Source: Patescibacteria group bacterium
GTDB taxonomy: Bacteria > Patescibacteriota > JAHJAL01
DNA: 64,000 nucleotides
Direction of reading: 5' to 3'
Assembly: GCA_041648895.1 (NCBI GenBank)
Contig: JBAZOB010000002.1
Coordinates: 826 to 64,825, forward strand
Below are positions 60,890 to 64,000 of this stretch, in pieces. The notes beneath the pieces were generated by a model that saw nothing but the letters and a program-made list of their open reading frames with translations, ran no database searches and was not told the origin of the DNA. A program made the translations under genes and the position numbers. Position 1 is the first letter of the stretch. The number at the start of each line of letters is the position of its first letter.

Positions 60890-61267
60890 ATGGCCAAAAT
60901 TAGAGGTGTCTACAAATGTAACGTTTGCGGTAACGTGGTCGAAGTTTTGCACTCCGGCGGAGGTACTCTGGTTTGTTGCGGGGAAGATATGCATTTATTT
61001 ACGGCTAAAAATATGGACGAAGGGGTCGAGAAACATCTGCCCGTGGTGGAAAAAGATGATCAATTCATTCATGTCCGAGTTGGGGAAGTGCTCCATCCCA
61101 TGGAAGATACGCATTATATCGAGTGGATTGAAATCATGGCCGATGGACAATCTTACCAACAATTTCTTAACCCCGGCGATAAACCCGAAGCCACCTTTTG
61201 TCTATCCGCTCCAACCTATTTAATCCGCGCCTATTGCAATGTTCATGGGCTGTGGGAGAAAGAATAA
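60890..61267 (+). CDS. Desulfoferrodoxin (2Fe superoxide reductase)
   Basis: CNVCGN...CCG; EKHLP, HPM...HYIEWI, CNVHGLW. Confidence 0.93.
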   Translation: MAKIRGVYKCNVCGNVVEVLHSGGGTLVCCGEDMHLFTAKNMDEGVEKHLPVVEKDDQFIHVRVGEVLHPMEDTHYIEWIEIMADGQSYQQFLNPGDKPEATFCLSAPTYLIRAYCNVHGLWEKE

Positions 61268-61273
61268 GCATTC

Positions 61274-61990
61274 ATGATCAATCAAAAAATTAAAATTATT
61301 AATCCCATCTTACGACTATTATTGTTAATAATAATTATTTTCCCTATCTACTATTATCACGAATTTTACGAACATTTCTATGTCTATCTGACCGGCAATG
61401 TCATCTCACGCGTTATTACCCAAGAATGGCATGTGGTGCTAATTAGTATAGTATTATTTTGCGCCTTTTTGATTCCCTTGTCTTACCGCCGCCGCGCTCC
61501 CTGGATGGAATATGGCCTGGTGGGCGCTTTTTTTGTATCCTTGTTTATCGAAATGTACGGCATCCCGTTAACCATACTTTTTGCCGCCAAATATTTCTTG
61601 GCCAGCGACGTGATACTCCCAGATAATGTGGTTGGCTTTCATCTATTCGGAGTTGGCTTCGGCATGGATCTGCCCATGGCCTACGCCGCCGTCATCATGG
61701 CCATTGGCATGATTTTAATCATCTGGGGTTGGGTCACTCTCTATTTCAATATCAAAAAAGATCAGCCGGTTACTGTGGGCATTTATCAGTATTCCCGCCA
61801 CCCGCAATATCTCGGTTTCATTTTAATCGTCCTTGGCTGGTTTATTGGCTGGCCCACCATTTTGACCATCATCTTCACGCCCATATTGATCTACAAATAT
61901 ATCACCGTCTGCCGTACCGAGGAAGCAGAACTATTGAAACAAAATCCCCAATATCAACAATATATCCATAGCACCCCGTTTTTTGTTTAA
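61274..61990 (+). CDS. Isoprenylcysteine carboxyl methyltransferase / PEMT-like membrane protein
   Basis: GIYQYSRHPQYLG, EE..L, YQQY...TPFF. Confidence 0.85.
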   Translation: MINQKIKIINPILRLLLLIIIIFPIYYYHEFYEHFYVYLTGNVISRVITQEWHVVLISIVLFCAFLIPLSYRRRAPWMEYGLVGAFFVSLFIEMYGIPLTILFAAKYFLASDVILPDNVVGFHLFGVGFGMDLPMAYAAVIMAIGMILIIWGWVTLYFNIKKDQPVTVGIYQYSRHPQYLGFILIVLGWFIGWPTILTIIFTPILIYKYITVCRTEEAELLKQNPQYQQYIHSTPFFV

Positions 61991-62086
61991 TCAGCCAGGT
62001 ATTTATCAACGTTTTTTCTTATTCCTTAATCCAAATTTAACCTCCACTAATGTTATAATTAACATGGAAAAAAATATACTATATCC

Positions 62087-62680
62087 ATGAATAAAATCAC
62101 CGGACTGCTCGTCACGTTAGTAATCGCAATTATCGCTTTTTCCGTTGGCATTATTGCCATTGGTTTCTATCTTTCTCCCCAAGATCCACTTTCGCCCGCC
62201 GACGCCATTGTAGTAATTAGCGGGGGTGAGACTTTCACTCGCACTACCAGAGGAATTGACCTTTATTTAGATGGCTATGCGCCCCTGCTTATTTTTTCCG
62301 GCGATGCTCTTGATCCCGACAGTATCTCCAACGCCGAAGCCATGGAAAAAATCGCCCTTGAAGAATATGACATCCCCGCCGGTAATATTATTACCGAGAA
62401 AGCATCGACCAGTACCTACGAAAACGCTATCAATCTCCAGTCGGTCTTTACCAAGTTAGATATTAATTCAATTATTCTTGTTACCAGCCCCTATCATCAA
62501 CGCCGCTCCAAAATGACTTTTCAGCATGTCATGGGTCCTGATTTTACCATTATTAACCAGTCAGCTACCGATGAGTTCTGGCGTAAAATCGCCTGGTGGC
62601 AAAATGACCGCGCCGTTTACCTGACCCTTTCCGAACTGTGGAAAATTATTTATATTGATGTGACTGGAGAATATCAGTAA
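62087..62680 (+). CDS. YdcF/ElyC (DUF218) family protein
   Basis: ADAIVVISGG, STSTYENA, LVTSPYHQRR. Confidence 0.88.
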   Translation: MNKITGLLVTLVIAIIAFSVGIIAIGFYLSPQDPLSPADAIVVISGGETFTRTTRGIDLYLDGYAPLLIFSGDALDPDSISNAEAMEKIALEEYDIPAGNIITEKASTSTYENAINLQSVFTKLDINSIILVTSPYHQRRSKMTFQHVMGPDFTIINQSATDEFWRKIAWWQNDRAVYLTLSELWKIIYIDVTGEYQ

Positions 62681-62681
62681 C

Positions 62682-62817
62682 GAATTTTAAATTTTAAATT
62701 TTAAATTTTAAAATAATTTAAAATTTCTAAATGTCTAAATTTAAAAACAGCATAAAGACAGGAACGTTTTAGCCTATAAAATTTAATCATTTATAATTAT
62801 TTTAAAATTTAAAATTC
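62682..62817. repeat. Inverted AATTTTA heptamer arrays
   Basis: gaattttaaattttaaatttt... / ...attttaaaatttaaaattc. Confidence 0.65.
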
Positions 62818-62831
62818 ATTAACTAACAAAA

Positions 62832-62981
62832 ATGCCTAAAAAATCATCCAAAAAACAATCCAAGGATATTTTCATGCCCGCCGAGGCCAATCCGAGCTTT
62901 GAGCGGCAGAAAAAAAGTAAATTTATCGCTCGCACCAATCAGGAAAAAGGCAAAAAAATAAAAAATGCCCTCAAAAAATAG
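62832..62981 (+). CDS. Small Lys-rich protein (49 aa), not in ORF track
   Basis: MPKKSSKKQSKDIFMPAEANPSFERQKKSKFIARTNQEKGKKIKNALKK*. Confidence 0.5.
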   Translation: MPKKSSKKQSKDIFMPAEANPSFERQKKSKFIARTNQEKGKKIKNALKK

Positions 62982-63015
62982 TGTAATATCATTAATAAAT
63001 ATTTATTAACTAAAT

Positions 63016-64000
63016 ATGAAAAAATTCATTTTTAAGCTCTATATAGCTGCTTTGATTATTTTTCCATTCTCCAATCTTTACTCAACTCATAGTCAAGAAA
63101 ATTCACCTGTCAGTGTCCGGGCGTCCAGCCAGGAAGATGATCTGTCACTATTGGCCGGCATAATGAGCGCCGACCAACCATCTTGGCTCTATACTTCTGA
63201 TTTAATCACGTCCGAGATTCCGGCCTGGATGATCGCCCTCAAAATATCTTTATATACTCCATCCGCGGTCGATTATCGACTCTCCTATCAATCTAGCGCC
63301 GACAATATCACCTGGTCCGCTTGGCACCCCCTCTATTTGTCAGAAAGAGAGGCCGATGATTTGGAATTATTCACTGATCCCTATGGCTTGGATCAGCAGT
63401 CAAGTTATTTTCATTATCAAATTCAAGTTGCTCCGGACAATCAAACTGCTCTGAGCAATATTAAAAATGTTAAATTGGTCGCTCTCGATCCCACCGATCC
63501 CGCGGCCCAGATTAATTCCCGCTTAGTTGCTCCCGCTGCCGCCCAAGAAGAATTTAATGTCATCACTCGCACCGAATGGGGCGCCGATGAGTCCATCATG
63601 TTCTGGGATGAAGATATGGAACATGAGGCGATTGATCAAATTGTTCTCCATCACACCGCCACCAATGATAATTCTCCTCTCGACCCGGAAGCCACTATCC
63701 GTGGTATCTATTATTACCATACTGTCGATCGGGGCTGGGGCGATATTGGCTACAACTATATTGTTGACCAGCATGGCAATATCTATGAGGGGCGCAAGGG
63801 TGGTTTGGGCAGCGTCGCGGCGCACGCTGAAGGTTTTAACTCCGGCAGTGTCGGCATTTCCGTTCTTGGTAACTATGAAGAAGTAGCTCCGGTTCAAGAT
63901 AGTCAGGGTGCAGTGGCCAATATTATTTCCTTCGTCAGTTATCAAACCAATCTTGATTTGGAAGGAACAGTCGAAATCAATGGAAAAACCTATCCTACCG
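63016..64000 (+). CDS. Secreted N-acetylmuramoyl-L-alanine amidase (PGRP/Amidase_2), 3' partial, not in ORF track
   Basis: Signal peptide MKKFIF...; ITRTEWGADE, IVLHHTA, GWGDIGYNY, IYEGR, AHAEGFN. Confidence 0.9.
   Translation, partial: MKKFIFKLYIAALIIFPFSNLYSTHSQENSPVSVRASSQEDDLSLLAGIMSADQPSWLYTSDLITSEIPAWMIALKISLYTPSAVDYRLSYQSSADNITWSAWHPLYLSEREADDLELFTDPYGLDQQSSYFHYQIQVAPDNQTALSNIKNVKLVALDPTDPAAQINSRLVAPAAAQEEFNVITRTEWGADESIMFWDEDMEHEAIDQIVLHHTATNDNSPLDPEATIRGIYYYHTVDRGWGDIGYNYIVDQHGNIYEGRKGGLGSVAAHAEGFNSGSVGISVLGNYEEVAPVQDSQGAVANIISFVSYQTNLDLEGTVEINGKTYPT

Noticed and set aside
63523-63945. ORFs 63523-63945 (-) and 63527-63886 (+)
   Set aside because: Shadows of the amidase frame that starts at 63016 and runs off the window.

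Overview
AT-rich bacterial chromosome segment, standard genetic code. Gene content and style (DUF5663-like proteins, TGS-less ThrS, many leaders without Shine-Dalgarno, no biosynthetic pathways) suggest a Patescibacteria/CPR genome; this is an inference. Core genes: miaA, miaB, thrS with a T-box, uvrA, hpf, serS, rsmA, metG, tatD, priA, a lysS-HD fusion, greA, infC-rpmI-rplT, a full F1Fo atp operon, a GldAFG-like ABC transporter, pcrA, secG, three tRNAs, an ECF sigma module and a superoxide reductase. Notable non-routine signals: (1) a small GIY-YIG nuclease gene bracketed by TGTC-tagged REP-like palindromes that recur across the window; (2) a MITE-like family with GAG...CTC ends, including two perfect 61/68-bp inverted repeats whose arms differ between copies but are fully compensated; (3) inverted heptamer arrays wrapping these elements; (4) a 10-kb low-GC island with DUF5663-like proteins next to large Gly-rich hydrophobic proteins, glycosyltransferases and TPRs; (5) a LysRS-HD hydrolase fusion; (6) a GTAG-REP translated in frame inside miaA; (7) an ECF promoter motif inferable from two copies. 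No CRISPR, rRNA, integrase or transposase is seen.
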